DNA of 64,000 nt. It comes from an uncultured Rikenella sp. Lineage in GTDB: Bacteria > Bacteroidota > Bacteroidia > Bacteroidales > VadinHA17. Shown here one piece after another: positions 42,047 through 52,536 of this stretch. The stretch lies in NCBI GenBank assembly GCA_964621005.1, contig CAZUIF010000010.1:43368-107367 (forward strand), given 5' to 3'. The first letter of the stretch is position 1. Each line of letters begins with the position of its first letter. Position numbers and translations under genes: made by a program. The notes beneath the pieces are model-generated. The model was not told the DNA's origin, made no database searches, and saw nothing but the letters and a program-made list of their open reading frames with translations.

Positions 42047-43054
42047 ATGGAATTGCTTGAACAGATCAAAATGAATGCCAGGCGGCACAACAAAATGATT
42101 GTATTGCCGGAAGGAACAGAGGAGAGGACCCTTAAAGCAGCAGATGCAGTGCTGGCTGAGGGGATAGCGCGAATCACCCTGCTCGGAAATCCTTCGGAAA
42201 TTGAGACTATGGCTGCCTCATTTGGTCTGAAGAACATCGGCAAGGCTATCATAATAAACCCGCTTGACCATCCCAGGAAGAAACACTACATTGAGACCAT
42301 GGTTGAGCTTCGCAAGAGCAAGGGACTGACCGTTGAGGATGCATCGAAGCTTATTGAGGATCCCCTTTACCTGGGTGTAATGATGATCAAATGCGGTGAC
42401 GCCGACGGTGAGGTGGCAGGAGCAAGGAATACCACCGGCGATGTGCTGAGGCCGGCATTCCAGTACGTAAAGACAGCCCCGGGCATTTCGGTGGTTTCGG
42501 GTGCATTCATCATGATACTGAAAGACAAGGAGTTCGGGGCAGACGGCATCATTGTCTTCGCCGACGGTGCGGTACATCCTGACCCGACAGACAAGGAACT
42601 GGCAGAGATAGCTGTTGCCACCGCCCGCACCACGAAAACCATCGTGGGAGTGGAACCCAAGGTTGCCCTGCTGAGCTTCTCGACAATGGGCAGTGCAAAA
42701 CATCCGCTTGTAGACAAGGTGGTGAGTGCCACGAAGATGGCGAAGGAGATGGCTCCCGAATTCATGTTCGAGGGTGAACTTCAGGCAGATGCAGCCCTGA
42801 TAGAGGCCATCGGCCAGAAGAAGGCCCCGGGCAGTAAGATCGCCGGGAAGGCCAATGTTCTTGTATTCCCCAACCTGGAGTGCGGAAACATCGCGTACAA
42901 GCTTGTTGAGAGGCTTGCCCATGCACAGGCAATAGGACCGGTACTGCAGGGGATGGCAGCACCCATCAACGACCTCTCGAGAGGCTGTTCCGTCAGTGAC
43001 ATTATTAACGTAGTCGCCATAACCGCCAACCAGGCAGCCGGCTTAACCAAATAA
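42047..43054 (+). CDS. pta: Phosphate acetyltransferase
   Basis: LPEGTEERTL, GELQADAA, FPNLECGNIAYK, DLSRGCS. Confidence 0.95.
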   Translation: MELLEQIKMNARRHNKMIVLPEGTEERTLKAADAVLAEGIARITLLGNPSEIETMAASFGLKNIGKAIIINPLDHPRKKHYIETMVELRKSKGLTVEDASKLIEDPLYLGVMMIKCGDADGEVAGARNTTGDVLRPAFQYVKTAPGISVVSGAFIMILKDKEFGADGIIVFADGAVHPDPTDKELAEIAVATARTTKTIVGVEPKVALLSFSTMGSAKHPLVDKVVSATKMAKEMAPEFMFEGELQADAALIEAIGQKKAPGSKIAGKANVLVFPNLECGNIAYKLVERLAHAQAIGPVLQGMAAPINDLSRGCSVSDIINVVAITANQAAGLTK

Positions 43055-43067
43055 TCCAAAGCTAAAC

Positions 43068-44279
43068 ATGAATATTCTCGTATTGAACTGTGGCAGCTCA
43101 TCAATTAAGTATCAGCTGTTTGACATGGGAGACAGCGCCAGGGTACTGGCAAAAGGGCTGCTCGAAAGAATCGGCCTTACAGACGGAATTCTTACCCACA
43201 AGCCCACCGGCAAGGATCCTTACAAGGTAGTACTTGATATTCCGGATCATACAGTGGGCATAAACATGGTTATGGAAGCCCTGGTCAACCCGGTTCACGG
43301 TGTAATTAAAAGCATTTCCGAAATCAAGGCGGTGGGTCACCGGGTGGCTCACGGAGGCGAAAACTTCAAGGAATCGGTGCTGATTGACAATGATGTGAAA
43401 CGCGATATAGAGAGCTGCGCCGAGCTTGCGCCGCTGCATAACCCGGCTCACCTGAAAGGGATACTTTCGTGCGAGAAACTTCTTCCGGGAATCCCCCAGG
43501 TAGCTGTATTTGACACATCTTTCCACCAGACAATGCCTGATTATGCATACATGTACGCAATCCCGTACGAGTACTATGAGAAATACCGTATCCGCAAGTA
43601 CGGGTTCCACGGTACCAGCCACAGGTTCGTTGCTGAAAAGGCCTGCAGGATGCTGAACATGGACCTTCACAAATCAAAGATAATCACCTGCCACCTGGGC
43701 AACGGCGCTTCAATAACAGCGATCGAGAATGGCAAATCAATCGATACATCCATGGGTTTCACCCCTGTTGACGGACTTATAATGGGAACCCGTACCGGTG
43801 AGATCGATCCGGGCGTGTTGCTCTATCTTGCTGATAAAGAGGAACTGAGCGTTAGCGGGGTTAACAACATGATCAACAAGAAGAGCGGTGTTGCCGGCAT
43901 TTCACAGCTCTCCTCTGACATGCGCGACCTTGAGATTGCAGCCAATGAAGGGAATCCGAAGGCACTCCTTGCCCTGAACATGTATGCCTACAAGATCAAG
44001 AAGTTCATCGGTGCATACGTGGCGGCGATGAACGGCATTGACCTGCTGATCTTCACGGCCGGTGTAGGTGAAAATGATTTCAATGCAAGGAAGATGATAT
44101 GCACCGGGATGGAGTATCTTGGCATTGAAATCAATCCCGACATAAACCACGGGGTCAAGGGCAAGGACCTTGTCATTTCAACACCTTCCTCGAAAGTGAA
44201 GGTGATGGTGGTTACAACGGACGAAGAGTTTGTGATTGCATCCGATACTAAAGCAATAGTAGAGAAGTTTACTCACTAA
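43068..44279 (+). CDS. ackA: Acetate kinase
   Basis: LNCGSSSIKYQL, GHRVAHGG, LAPLHNP, VFDTSFH, YGFHGTSH, TDEE. Confidence 0.97.
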   Translation: MNILVLNCGSSSIKYQLFDMGDSARVLAKGLLERIGLTDGILTHKPTGKDPYKVVLDIPDHTVGINMVMEALVNPVHGVIKSISEIKAVGHRVAHGGENFKESVLIDNDVKRDIESCAELAPLHNPAHLKGILSCEKLLPGIPQVAVFDTSFHQTMPDYAYMYAIPYEYYEKYRIRKYGFHGTSHRFVAEKACRMLNMDLHKSKIITCHLGNGASITAIENGKSIDTSMGFTPVDGLIMGTRTGEIDPGVLLYLADKEELSVSGVNNMINKKSGVAGISQLSSDMRDLEIAANEGNPKALLALNMYAYKIKKFIGAYVAAMNGIDLLIFTAGVGENDFNARKMICTGMEYLGIEINPDINHGVKGKDLVISTPSSKVKVMVVTTDEEFVIASDTKAIVEKFTH

Positions 44280-44291
44280 ACATTAACAATC

Positions 44292-45200
44292 ATGGTTTTA
44301 AAGCACCTAACCGAACTCAGGCAACTGCTTGTTGACAAGCCTACCAGGCGGCTGGTACTTGCCGCGGCACAGGACCACAATTCACTCTCGTCGGCCCTCA
44401 TGGCTGCCCGTGACGGATTCATTGAGCCCATACTGGTTGGCGACAGGGAGGCGATCCAGAAGATTGCTGCCCAGAACAGCATGGACATCAGCGGATTGAG
44501 GGTGGTGCATGAGCCTGATACCGAAATGGCGGTGGAGATAGCCGTCAGGATGGTGCGAAGCAACCAGGCTGACATACTCATGAAGGGCAAGGTGGGAACG
44601 TCATCCCTTCTCAAAGGGGTGCTGAACAAGGAGTGGGGACTGAGATCAGGCTCCCTGCTCTCTCATTTTGCAATATTCGAGGTGGCAGCTTACCACAAGC
44701 TCATTGCGGTAACCGATGTGGCAATGAATATCGCCCCTAACCTTCAGGACAAGATTGCCATAGTCAACAACTCCGTCGCATGCCTCAACAGGCTGGGAGT
44801 TGAGACTCCGAAAGTGGCAGTGCTCGGGGCCGTGGAGATGGTAAGCGAGAACATGCAGGCAACCCTCGACGCGGCACTGCTGTCAAAGATGAACCAGCGT
44901 GACCAGATCAGGAACTGCATCATCGACGGACCGCTGGCCTTTGACAATGCCATCAGCCTCGAAAGCGCGGTACACAAAGGTATCAGGAGTGATGTGGCAG
45001 GCGATACGGACCTCCTGATCATGCCAGACATAGAGGTCGGCAATGTCCTCTATAAATCACTTGTGTTCTTCGCCCATGCGGGCGTGGCAGCGGTGATCCT
45101 CGGGGCAACAGCACCAATAGTGCTCACATCCAGGAGCGACTCTGACCAGGCGAAATACTTCAGTATACTGCTTGCGGCAGCAATCTCCAGACAGGACTGA
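44292..45200 (+). CDS. ptb: Phosphate butyryltransferase, paralog 1
   Basis: ILMKG, DGPLAFDNAIS, PDIEVGNVLYK, LTSRSDS. Confidence 0.88.
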   Translation: MVLKHLTELRQLLVDKPTRRLVLAAAQDHNSLSSALMAARDGFIEPILVGDREAIQKIAAQNSMDISGLRVVHEPDTEMAVEIAVRMVRSNQADILMKGKVGTSSLLKGVLNKEWGLRSGSLLSHFAIFEVAAYHKLIAVTDVAMNIAPNLQDKIAIVNNSVACLNRLGVETPKVAVLGAVEMVSENMQATLDAALLSKMNQRDQIRNCIIDGPLAFDNAISLESAVHKGIRSDVAGDTDLLIMPDIEVGNVLYKSLVFFAHAGVAAVILGATAPIVLTSRSDSDQAKYFSILLAAAISRQD

Positions 45201-45201
45201 T

Positions 45202-46116
45202 ATGATCACGAGCCTCGGGCAGATGGCCGAAGCTGTCCGGTCATCAGGAACCAGGAAGAAGATAGCTGTTGCCTGGGCGCAGGACCCGAATACCGTAGGT
45301 TCGCTATACAGAGCTGTAAGTGAGGGCTTTGTTGATGCTCTGATGATCGGGCGCAGGGAACATATTATCAATACCTGCAGGGAAACGGGTGCAGATCCCG
45401 GCCGTTTCACAATTATTGAGGCAGAGAATGAGAAGAGTGCTGCGGAAATTGCGGTTGCATTGACCCGTTCCGGCGAAGCCGATGTGGTGATGAAAGGCCT
45501 GGTTGGTACGGACAAGTTCCTCAGGGCGGTCATGGACAGGGATAAGGGATTGCTTCCTCCGAAAGCTGTAATGAGTTATGTCTGTGCCGTCGAAATTCCC
45601 GCGTACCGCAAGCTGTTGTTCATCACAGACACTGCCGTGATTCCATTCCCGGACCTCGATCAGAAAGTGGCAATGGCCAGGTATGCCGTTGACATGGCTC
45701 ACCGGTTCGGGATTGAGAAACCAAAGGTGGCCCTGATAGGGGCGTCGGAGAAGGTCAGCAGCCATTTCCCGAATACACTTGACTATTCTGTCATGTGCAA
45801 GATGGCAGAGAGAGGCCAGATTGCCGGATGCGTGATGGACGGCCCGGTTGATATTTTCCTGGCGTGCGATCCGGAAAGCGTCAGAATCAAGGGAGTTGAC
45901 ACCCCGCTGGCAGGAGATGCCGACATACTTCTTTTCCCGTCCCTGGAGTCGTGCAACCCCTTCTACAAGGGGCTGATGCTCTTCGGCGGGGGCGAACTGG
46001 CCGGGATGATCTGCGGTACCTCCAAGCCCGTGGTAATGATGTCAAGAAGCGAAAGTGAACTTTCAAAATACTATTGTGTGGCACTCTCATGCCTGATGGC
46101 CTCGCAAAATCAGTAA
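45202..46116 (+). CDS. ptb: Phosphate butyryltransferase, paralog 2 (divergent)
   Basis: VMKGLV, DGPVDIFLA, PSLESCNPFYK, MMSRSES; start placed at MITSLG. Confidence 0.8.
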   Translation: MITSLGQMAEAVRSSGTRKKIAVAWAQDPNTVGSLYRAVSEGFVDALMIGRREHIINTCRETGADPGRFTIIEAENEKSAAEIAVALTRSGEADVVMKGLVGTDKFLRAVMDRDKGLLPPKAVMSYVCAVEIPAYRKLLFITDTAVIPFPDLDQKVAMARYAVDMAHRFGIEKPKVALIGASEKVSSHFPNTLDYSVMCKMAERGQIAGCVMDGPVDIFLACDPESVRIKGVDTPLAGDADILLFPSLESCNPFYKGLMLFGGGELAGMICGTSKPVVMMSRSESELSKYYCVALSCLMASQNQ

Positions 46117-46120
46117 ATAT

Positions 46121-47200
46121 ATGAAGGACAAGATCATACTTGCTATAAACCCCGGCTCAACAAGCACCAAGTTCGCCCTTTACAGGGGAACTGAAATGGT
46201 CATGCAGAAAACACTCAGGCACAGCACTGAGGAACTTGCAGGATTCGGACGGATGACTGACCAGCTTTCCTTCAGGTACGGGGTAATAATGGAGGCCCTG
46301 AGGGAGCTGAAGACAGACCTTGGTGATATTGCTGCCGTAGTTGGCAGGGGCGGTTTGGTAAATCCTATTGAATCAGGTATATATGAGGTCAACGTCCTCA
46401 TGAAGAAACACCTGTCGGAAGCCGTAAACGGTGAGCATGCAAGTAATCTAGGGGCGTTGCTGGCCGATATGATTGCCGGACCTTTGCCCGGGGCAAAGGC
46501 CTATATAGTTGATCCTGTTGTGGTTGACGAGCTTGAACCGGTGGCGAGGCTTTCGGGTCATCCGCTGATAAGCAGGAAATCAATATTTCATGCACTGAAC
46601 CAGAAGGCGGTGGCAAGGATATATGCCTCCTCTGTGGGTAAGGAATATGAGGACCTCAACCTGATAGTGGCACATATGGGCGGCGGGATAAGCGTTGGAG
46701 CGCACAGGAGGGGAAGGGTCATCGATGTCAACAATGCACTGAACGGTGACGGACCGTTCTCGCCGGAACGCAGCGGCGGGTTGCCCGCATGGCAGCTTGC
46801 AGAGCTCTGCTTCAGCGGCAAATACACTCCTTCTGAAGTAAAGGCAATGCTTGCCGGCAAGGGCGGGATAGTGGCATACCTCGGAACAAATGACCATATG
46901 GAAGCCTCTGATCGTGCCGTTGCCGGTGATGAGAAGGCGGCGCTGGTGCTTCAGGGTTGCAGCTACCAGACTGCCAAGGAGATAGGAGCGATGTCGGCTG
47001 TCCTTGCCGGACAGGTCGACTGCATCATCCTTACCGGCGGACTGGCCTATGATACTGTCCACGTTGAACAGGTCAGGAGCATGATAAGCCATCTGGGCCC
47101 GGTCTTTGTCTACCCCGGCGAGGATGAGCTGAAGGCGCTGGCATATAACGGCTACCTGGCAATCAGCAGGCAAATTTCGGTAAAGCAATACCTGGGATAG
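46121..47200 (+). CDS. buk: Butyrate (branched-chain acyl) kinase
   Basis: INPGSTSTK, VGRGG, HASNLG, DPVVVDE, FHALNQKA, HMGGGIS, YPGEDE. Confidence 0.96.
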   Translation: MKDKIILAINPGSTSTKFALYRGTEMVMQKTLRHSTEELAGFGRMTDQLSFRYGVIMEALRELKTDLGDIAAVVGRGGLVNPIESGIYEVNVLMKKHLSEAVNGEHASNLGALLADMIAGPLPGAKAYIVDPVVVDELEPVARLSGHPLISRKSIFHALNQKAVARIYASSVGKEYEDLNLIVAHMGGGISVGAHRRGRVIDVNNALNGDGPFSPERSGGLPAWQLAELCFSGKYTPSEVKAMLAGKGGIVAYLGTNDHMEASDRAVAGDEKAALVLQGCSYQTAKEIGAMSAVLAGQVDCIILTGGLAYDTVHVEQVRSMISHLGPVFVYPGEDELKALAYNGYLAISRQISVKQYLG

Positions 47201-47296
47201 GCAAGAGGCAAGAGCCATTGGCCATTAGTGTTGACAATGCTTGCGGTAACTAAATGATATACAGCTATATCGCTATTGCCTACTGCCTGCTGCCTA
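47198..47296. repeat. Heptamer-armed miniature element B
   Basis: TAGGCAA GAGGCAA GAGCCAT TGGCCAT TAGTG, 40 nt core sharing TTGACAATG and GTAACTAAATGATA with A, ends GCCTA. Confidence 0.85.
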
Positions 47297-47989
47297 AGGC
47301 ACTGACACCGCCACCGGCAGTATCTTCCCGTTAAAGAACCTGTTTCCGTTTACGGCAAAATCAGCAATATAGCCTGCCATTTCTGCAGGCGATACCGGGG
47401 CAGTGAATCCCGGAAAAGCCTTCTGAAACATCTCGGTTTGTACGGCTCCGGGACACAGGCAGTTGAATGATATTCCCCTTTCGGAATACTCTGCTGCAAG
47501 GCACTCGGTCAGCACGGCAAGTGCCCCCTTGGTTGCACTGTACCATGCCAGTCCCGGAAATTTCAGGCTCCCCTGGAATCCGCCCATGCTGCCGATGTTA
47601 ACCACATGTGAACCTCTTCCCATGAGCGGGAGCAGCTCAGAAATCAGATGGGCTGCAGATGTGAAGTTTACGGCCACCGAGGAGGCTATGTCAGCATCAG
47701 TGTGCTCTTCAAAGGGTTTGTTAACCAGATGTCCTGCATTATTTATCAGTATATCCAGACTCCCGGTTTCCTCTTCAAGCCTCTTTTTAAGGCCGCTGAC
47801 CGACGATCGGCCGGAAGTGATGTCCATGGACACCGGTGTGATATTTTTATTTCCTGCAGCCTCTGAAAGGCTCAGAAGCGAATTGCTGTTGCGGGCTATT
47901 GCATAGATTTTGTTTCCGGACTCCTGCGATAGCCTTAGAGCCACCTCGCGGCCTATGCCGGAAGAAGCTCCTGTTATTACAATATTCAT
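47294..47989 (-). CDS. Short-chain dehydrogenase/reductase
   Basis: TGASSGIG, INNAG, YSATK, PGAVQT. Confidence 0.92.
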   Translation of the reverse strand: MNIVITGASSGIGREVALRLSQESGNKIYAIARNSNSLLSLSEAAGNKNITPVSMDITSGRSSVSGLKKRLEEETGSLDILINNAGHLVNKPFEEHTDADIASSVAVNFTSAAHLISELLPLMGRGSHVVNIGSMGGFQGSLKFPGLAWYSATKGALAVLTECLAAEYSERGISFNCLCPGAVQTEMFQKAFPGFTAPVSPAEMAGYIADFAVNGNRFFNGKILPVAVSVP

Positions 47990-48098
47990 CTTATTGTCAG
48001 TATTATAGAATAGTCCTGCTTTTTTTGACTGGTAGAACTACGGTAAATGTACTTATTTTTGATTTTATTTGTAGCCTCAAAATGAGGATGCTGCATCA

Positions 48099-48665
48099 AT
48101 GAAGAAGATACCGGCAATGGCACTGTTCCTGGTGATGGTCGCTTCAGCAGCAGGACAGGTGCCCGTTACAGAAAAGTCAGGAGAGAGGCCTCCCCTCAGG
48201 CAACGGCTCTTTTTCGGCGGATCATTTGGTCTGCAGTTCGGAACCGTAACCAATATCGAGGTGGCACCCCTGGCAGGAATATGGCTGCTTCCAAGGGTCG
48301 CTGTGGGGGCCGGACCGTCATTCCAGTACTATAAGGATCCGTTTGGCAGGACGTCCATCTACGGTGGCCGGACAATGCTGCAGCTGACTCTGGTTCAGGA
48401 TCTTAATAATGTCATCCCGGTCGGCTGGAATATGGGTATCTTTGTTAACGCAGAGTATGATGCCCTCAGCCTGGAACGTGATTTTTTCACTTCTACTCCT
48501 GATGCTGATGGCAGGTTCCTCTACGGAAGCTTCCTGGCAGGAGCGGGAATATCACAGCCTACCGGCAAAAGGTCGAGCATGAACCTCTCTTTTTTGTGGT
48601 GCATTACCGGAAATGAGTACGGTATTTATGATACTCCGGAGATCAGGGTAGAGTTTTACTTTTAA
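48099..48665 (+). CDS. Putative small outer-membrane beta-barrel protein
   Basis: Signal peptide ending AAG-Q; alternating hydrophobic strands; terminal EFYF. Confidence 0.6.
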   Translation: MKKIPAMALFLVMVASAAGQVPVTEKSGERPPLRQRLFFGGSFGLQFGTVTNIEVAPLAGIWLLPRVAVGAGPSFQYYKDPFGRTSIYGGRTMLQLTLVQDLNNVIPVGWNMGIFVNAEYDALSLERDFFTSTPDADGRFLYGSFLAGAGISQPTGKRSSMNLSFLWCITGNEYGIYDTPEIRVEFYF

Positions 48666-48705
48666 TTGAAATAGTATACTTGAATATAAATAAGATCATA
48701 TAGTT

Positions 48706-49242
48706 ATGAAAATTGAAAACAACAAATTTGCCTCGCTGGTCTATACCCTTCAGGAGGGCGGCAGGGACGGTAGGGTAATTGAAACCGTGGAGGAGGCAGC
48801 ACCTCTCTCTTTTGTCTTCGGATCCGGCAGGCTGTTGCCTGCCTTCGAGGCAAACCTTGAGGGACTTGAAGAAGGGTCAGTGTTTGACTTCAGCCTCGCT
48901 GCCGCTGATGCATACGGTGATGTGCGCGAAGAGATGGTTATAAGCCTTCCCAGGAATATATTTGAGGACGAGGGTGTTCTCCGAAGCGAAATATGCTATG
49001 TGGGCAACACTGTCCCTATGATGGACTCACAGGGTAACAGGATGAACGGGGTTGTGGTCGAGATAGGTGACGACTTCGTAAAAATGGATTTCAATCATCC
49101 CCTGGCAGGCACCGACCTTCATTTCTCGGGAAAGGTTTTGGGTGTCCGTGAAGCCACTGCCGAAGAGCTGATGGGACCCACATCAGAAGGCTGCTCTACA
49201 TGCGGCAGTAAAAGCAGCGGCTGCGGCGGAAGCTGCGGATGA
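48706..49242 (+). CDS. slyD: FKBP-type peptidyl-prolyl isomerase (SlyD family)
   Basis: FGSGRLLPAFE, DAYG, DFNHPLAG; Cys/Gly tail. Confidence 0.9.
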   Translation: MKIENNKFASLVYTLQEGGRDGRVIETVEEAAPLSFVFGSGRLLPAFEANLEGLEEGSVFDFSLAAADAYGDVREEMVISLPRNIFEDEGVLRSEICYVGNTVPMMDSQGNRMNGVVVEIGDDFVKMDFNHPLAGTDLHFSGKVLGVREATAEELMGPTSEGCSTCGSKSSGCGGSCG

Positions 49243-49256
49243 TTCCGGTCAGATTA

Positions 49257-49371
49257 CAGGCATTAGGCAGTAGGCATCAGGAAATAGGGAAGAGTGTTGA
49301 CATCATTCAGGCAGTGCCTGAATGAATTACAATAATTTCACCACTGCCTAATGCCTATTGCCTCTTGCCTA
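49257..49371. repeat. Heptamer-armed miniature element C
   Basis: CAGGCAT TAGGCAG TAGGCAT ... GAGTGTTGACA; 42 nt core with hairpin TCATTCAGGC/GCCTGAATGA; right arm ends GCCTA. Confidence 0.85.
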
Positions 49372-50604
49372 GACAGTAAGCTGTTCCCCTTCTGATTTTG
49401 CAATGATTACCGCACCGCAGGTGTCACCGTAAACATTGATGGCAGTGCGGAACATGTCCAGGATACGGTCTACTGCCAGTATCAGTCCGATACCTTCAAG
49501 CGGAAGCCCGACTGCATTCAGCACTACAGCCATCATTACCAGTCCTGCCATTGGGATGCCCGCGGATCCAATTGCTGCCAGCAAAGCTGTGAATATCACC
49601 ACCATCTGCTGACCGAACGTAAGATCAATACCGTAGGCCTGTGCTATAAACATCACCGCCACACACTCGTACAGGGCAGTGCCGTTCATATTTATCGTGG
49701 CCCCAAGGGGTATCGTGAAGCTGGTAATCTTGTTGGAGACCCCGTCTTTGCTCTCGACAGCTTCCATTGTAATTGGAAGGGTGGCATTGGAGGAAGACGT
49801 GGAAAATGCGGTCAGAATGACTGTCGACATGTTCTTCAGGTGCTTTATCGGGTTCGCCCTGCCAAGAAATTTTACAAGCAGGGGAAGAGTGATGAAACCC
49901 TGCACCAGTAGCCCCAGCAGCACTGTCAGGAAGTAGATCCCCATGCTGCTTATGATCTCACCGACCTGGTTACCGCTGTTGATCTGCTGCGAGAGGACTT
50001 TTGCAATTATGCTGAATACACCCAGGGGGGTGAACTTGATTACAAAGAGAGTTATCTTCATGATCACATCCAGGATGGAGTTGACCACATCAACAAGGAG
50101 AACGCGCGATTTCTCCCCGACCCGCGTTACAAAGAATCCTGCAAGTATTGCAAAGAAGATAATTGAAAGCATGTGACCTTCAGACATCGACCTTATGATG
50201 TTGACCGGGACGATGTTTATCAGAACCTGCCCGAAGCTTTCCTTGCCGGCTGAGATTTCCTCCACAGGCACCTGAAGTCCGAGATCTGCACCCACACCAG
50301 GTTTGATAAGCTGGACAAAAAAGAAACCGGTAATGATTGCAAGGAGAGTTGACAAAACATAATAACCCATTGTTTTAAGGCCGAGCCGGCCCAGGTTCTC
50401 GGCAGTTCCCACGCTGGCCACACCTGTCATGATTGAACAGAAAATCAGCGGAACAATCACCATGTTAAGGCCCCTCAGAAACACATCTCCCATCCAGTTC
50501 GTGTATTTGGTGAGATGAGGGAACAAATAGCCGAACAGGCCGCCAAGGGCAAGCATAATCAATATCTGCCAGTGAATTGCAAGGGAAAATTTCCTTTTTA
50601 CCAT
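49369..50604 (-). CDS. Dicarboxylate/amino acid:cation symporter (DAACS, GltP family)
   Basis: AFSTSSSNATLP, GATINMNGTALYE, AIGSAGIP, DRILDMFRT. Confidence 0.93.
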   Translation of the reverse strand: MVKRKFSLAIHWQILIMLALGGLFGYLFPHLTKYTNWMGDVFLRGLNMVIVPLIFCSIMTGVASVGTAENLGRLGLKTMGYYVLSTLLAIITGFFFVQLIKPGVGADLGLQVPVEEISAGKESFGQVLINIVPVNIIRSMSEGHMLSIIFFAILAGFFVTRVGEKSRVLLVDVVNSILDVIMKITLFVIKFTPLGVFSIIAKVLSQQINSGNQVGEIISSMGIYFLTVLLGLLVQGFITLPLLVKFLGRANPIKHLKNMSTVILTAFSTSSSNATLPITMEAVESKDGVSNKITSFTIPLGATINMNGTALYECVAVMFIAQAYGIDLTFGQQMVVIFTALLAAIGSAGIPMAGLVMMAVVLNAVGLPLEGIGLILAVDRILDMFRTAINVYGDTCGAVIIAKSEGEQLTV

Positions 50605-50841
50605 ACTTTATACGTTTGTCTTATGCAGGGCCTGAACCCCCATGAAATTACAGAGTCTGAAGATAATCAAAAGAATACTCGTGAAAGATGTTTTAAATTA
50701 TGTTTCCACGATTTGATTTTCATATGGAAGGGCAGGGCAGGAGGTAAAAAATCAATTCTCAGCGACTTCAGCAGAATACGGAAAAATAACCTGTCCGAAA
50801 TCATTGACACAACACCCACGAAGATTGAATCTGACTCTGCA

Positions 50842-51242
50842 TTACAGATGTAAACAATAAAACAAAGGTTAATTGCTCTATCCTTGTTTACGTACGTAAC
50901 CAAACTTTAATTACGAATGTAAATAATACATGCCTGAATAGCTGTGAGATATTAAATAACGTTATATCAATTAGTTATATGATTCAATTGAATTACAGGT
51001 AGCACTGTATTAATGCAAGAAGTCAAATTGCCTTTAGAATATTGGTTAATTAAACATTTAAAACGCTATTAATGAGTATTTAATACCTTCTAAACTCAAG
51101 TATCAATTCAATATATTGTGATGTTATTTAACGAATATCATTGCAGATAATGGTTGCCAATGTTTAATGCATGATTTACTGAATTACATATGTAAATAGA
51201 ATTACATGACATATGTAAATAAGACTATCATTACATTTGTAA
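50842..51242. promoter_or_regulatory. Array of six TTAC-N4-GTAA palindromes in an AT-rich intergenic region
   Basis: Copies at 50842, 50888, 50911, 51184, 51207 (TGAC variant) and 51231; the last contains the -7 element TACATTTG. Confidence 0.75.
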
Positions 51243-51257
51243 AAACAGTGTTTGCTT

Positions 51258-51713
51258 ATGAAAGACCGTATACTTGCCTTTCTTCAGAGCGAAAACAAGA
51301 GTTATGCTCAATTTGCAGATGAAATCGGGGTTCAGCCTTCGGGCATTTCCCATATACTGTCCGGAAGGAACAATCCAAGCCTGGATTTCGTGATTAAGAT
51401 GCTGCACCGCTATCCGTCGCTGTCAGCGGACTGGCTCCTTTTCGGAAAGGGTCCGATGTACAGATTTATATCCCAGCCTACCCTGTTTGACACTTCTGAA
51501 ACAGGAGCAGGCACGGAAGGTGAATTACCTGTTAAGGACCGGGAATTTACTGATAGTGATGTGATGTCACCGGCGGAAAACTTCAATCAACCGCAGGATT
51601 ATACTGAACAGACGCTGCCAGGGGTGTCCAACAGTGACTCCGGAGGTAGGAAAATTGAGCGCATAGTAATGTTTTATACGGACAAAACCTTTTCTGAGTA
51701 CAAACCTTCCTGA
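51258..51713 (+). CDS. XRE-family HTH protein with conserved-looking C-terminal motif
   Basis: FADEIGVQPSGISHILSGRNNPSLDF...WLLFGKG; C-terminal IERIVMFYTDKTF. Confidence 0.88.
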   Translation: MKDRILAFLQSENKSYAQFADEIGVQPSGISHILSGRNNPSLDFVIKMLHRYPSLSADWLLFGKGPMYRFISQPTLFDTSETGAGTEGELPVKDREFTDSDVMSPAENFNQPQDYTEQTLPGVSNSDSGGRKIERIVMFYTDKTFSEYKPS

Positions 51714-51756
51714 CGGAATCAGGCAAAATGTCTATTTTTGCAATCAAGGAGGGTAG

Positions 51757-52536
51757 ATGAAAAAACGGATTGAGGATCTTACTGTAATTGAGAACAGAAG
51801 GCTTGCAGAAAGCTTTTTTGTGATAAAGGTTTCTCCCCCGGGAGAGATGCCTGAGATTAATCCGGGACAGTTTGTACAGGCTCTCGTTACTGAGAGTCCT
51901 GCTACATTTCTTCGCCGGCCGCTGTCAGTACATGACGTTGATCGTGACCGGAACACCATATCCCTGCTGGTTCAGATTGCAGGTCCCGGCACTGAGCGCC
52001 TTTCGCGGCTGATCCCCGGAGAGAAGCTCAACCTGGTTTACCCCCTGGGCAACTCCTTCAGTCTCCCCTCCAAGGGTGAAAAAGTGTTGCTTACAGGCGG
52101 AGGATGCGGGATGGCGCCTCTCCTATACCTGGGAAGAAGGATCAGTGAATCAGGCGTTCAGCCTCATTTTGCCCTTGGCTTCCGGAATCGTTCCAGGATT
52201 TTGGACCATGACGATTTCAAAACTCTGGGGCCGGTTTGGCTATCCACGGAAGACGGATCCGAAGGACATAATGGCTTCGTAACCGATATCCCTGCATTCA
52301 GGGATCAATCATGGGACCGGATCTATTGCTGCGGTCCCGAACCGATGATGAAGGCCGTGGCAGCTGCATGCGCGAGGAGAGATATCTTCTGCGAGGTATC
52401 ACTTGAAAACCTGATGGCATGCGGACTTGGAATATGCCTATGCTGCATTGTGCCAACAACTTCAGGAAACCTGTGCTCCTGTACAGACGGACCGGTTTTT
52501 AATATAAAAGATCTCAAATGGCAGACCTCAGAATAA
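51757..52536 (+). CDS. pyrK: Dihydroorotate dehydrogenase electron transfer subunit
   Basis: [35 protein letters not shown]...C.DGPVF. Confidence 0.94.
   Translation: MKKRIEDLTVIENRRLAESFFVIKVSPPGEMPEINPGQFVQALVTESPATFLRRPLSVHDVDRDRNTISLLVQIAGPGTERLSRLIPGEKLNLVYPLGNSFSLPSKGEKVLLTGGGCGMAPLLYLGRRISESGVQPHFALGFRNRSRILDHDDFKTLGPVWLSTEDGSEGHNGFVTDIPAFRDQSWDRIYCCGPEPMMKAVAAACARRDIFCEVSLENLMACGLGICLCCIVPTTSGNLCSCTDGPVFNIKDLKWQTSE

Noticed and set aside
49200-49242. His-free Cys/Gly tail of SlyD
   Set aside because: Cys-rich tails are ordinary for SlyD in this phylum as far as I recall
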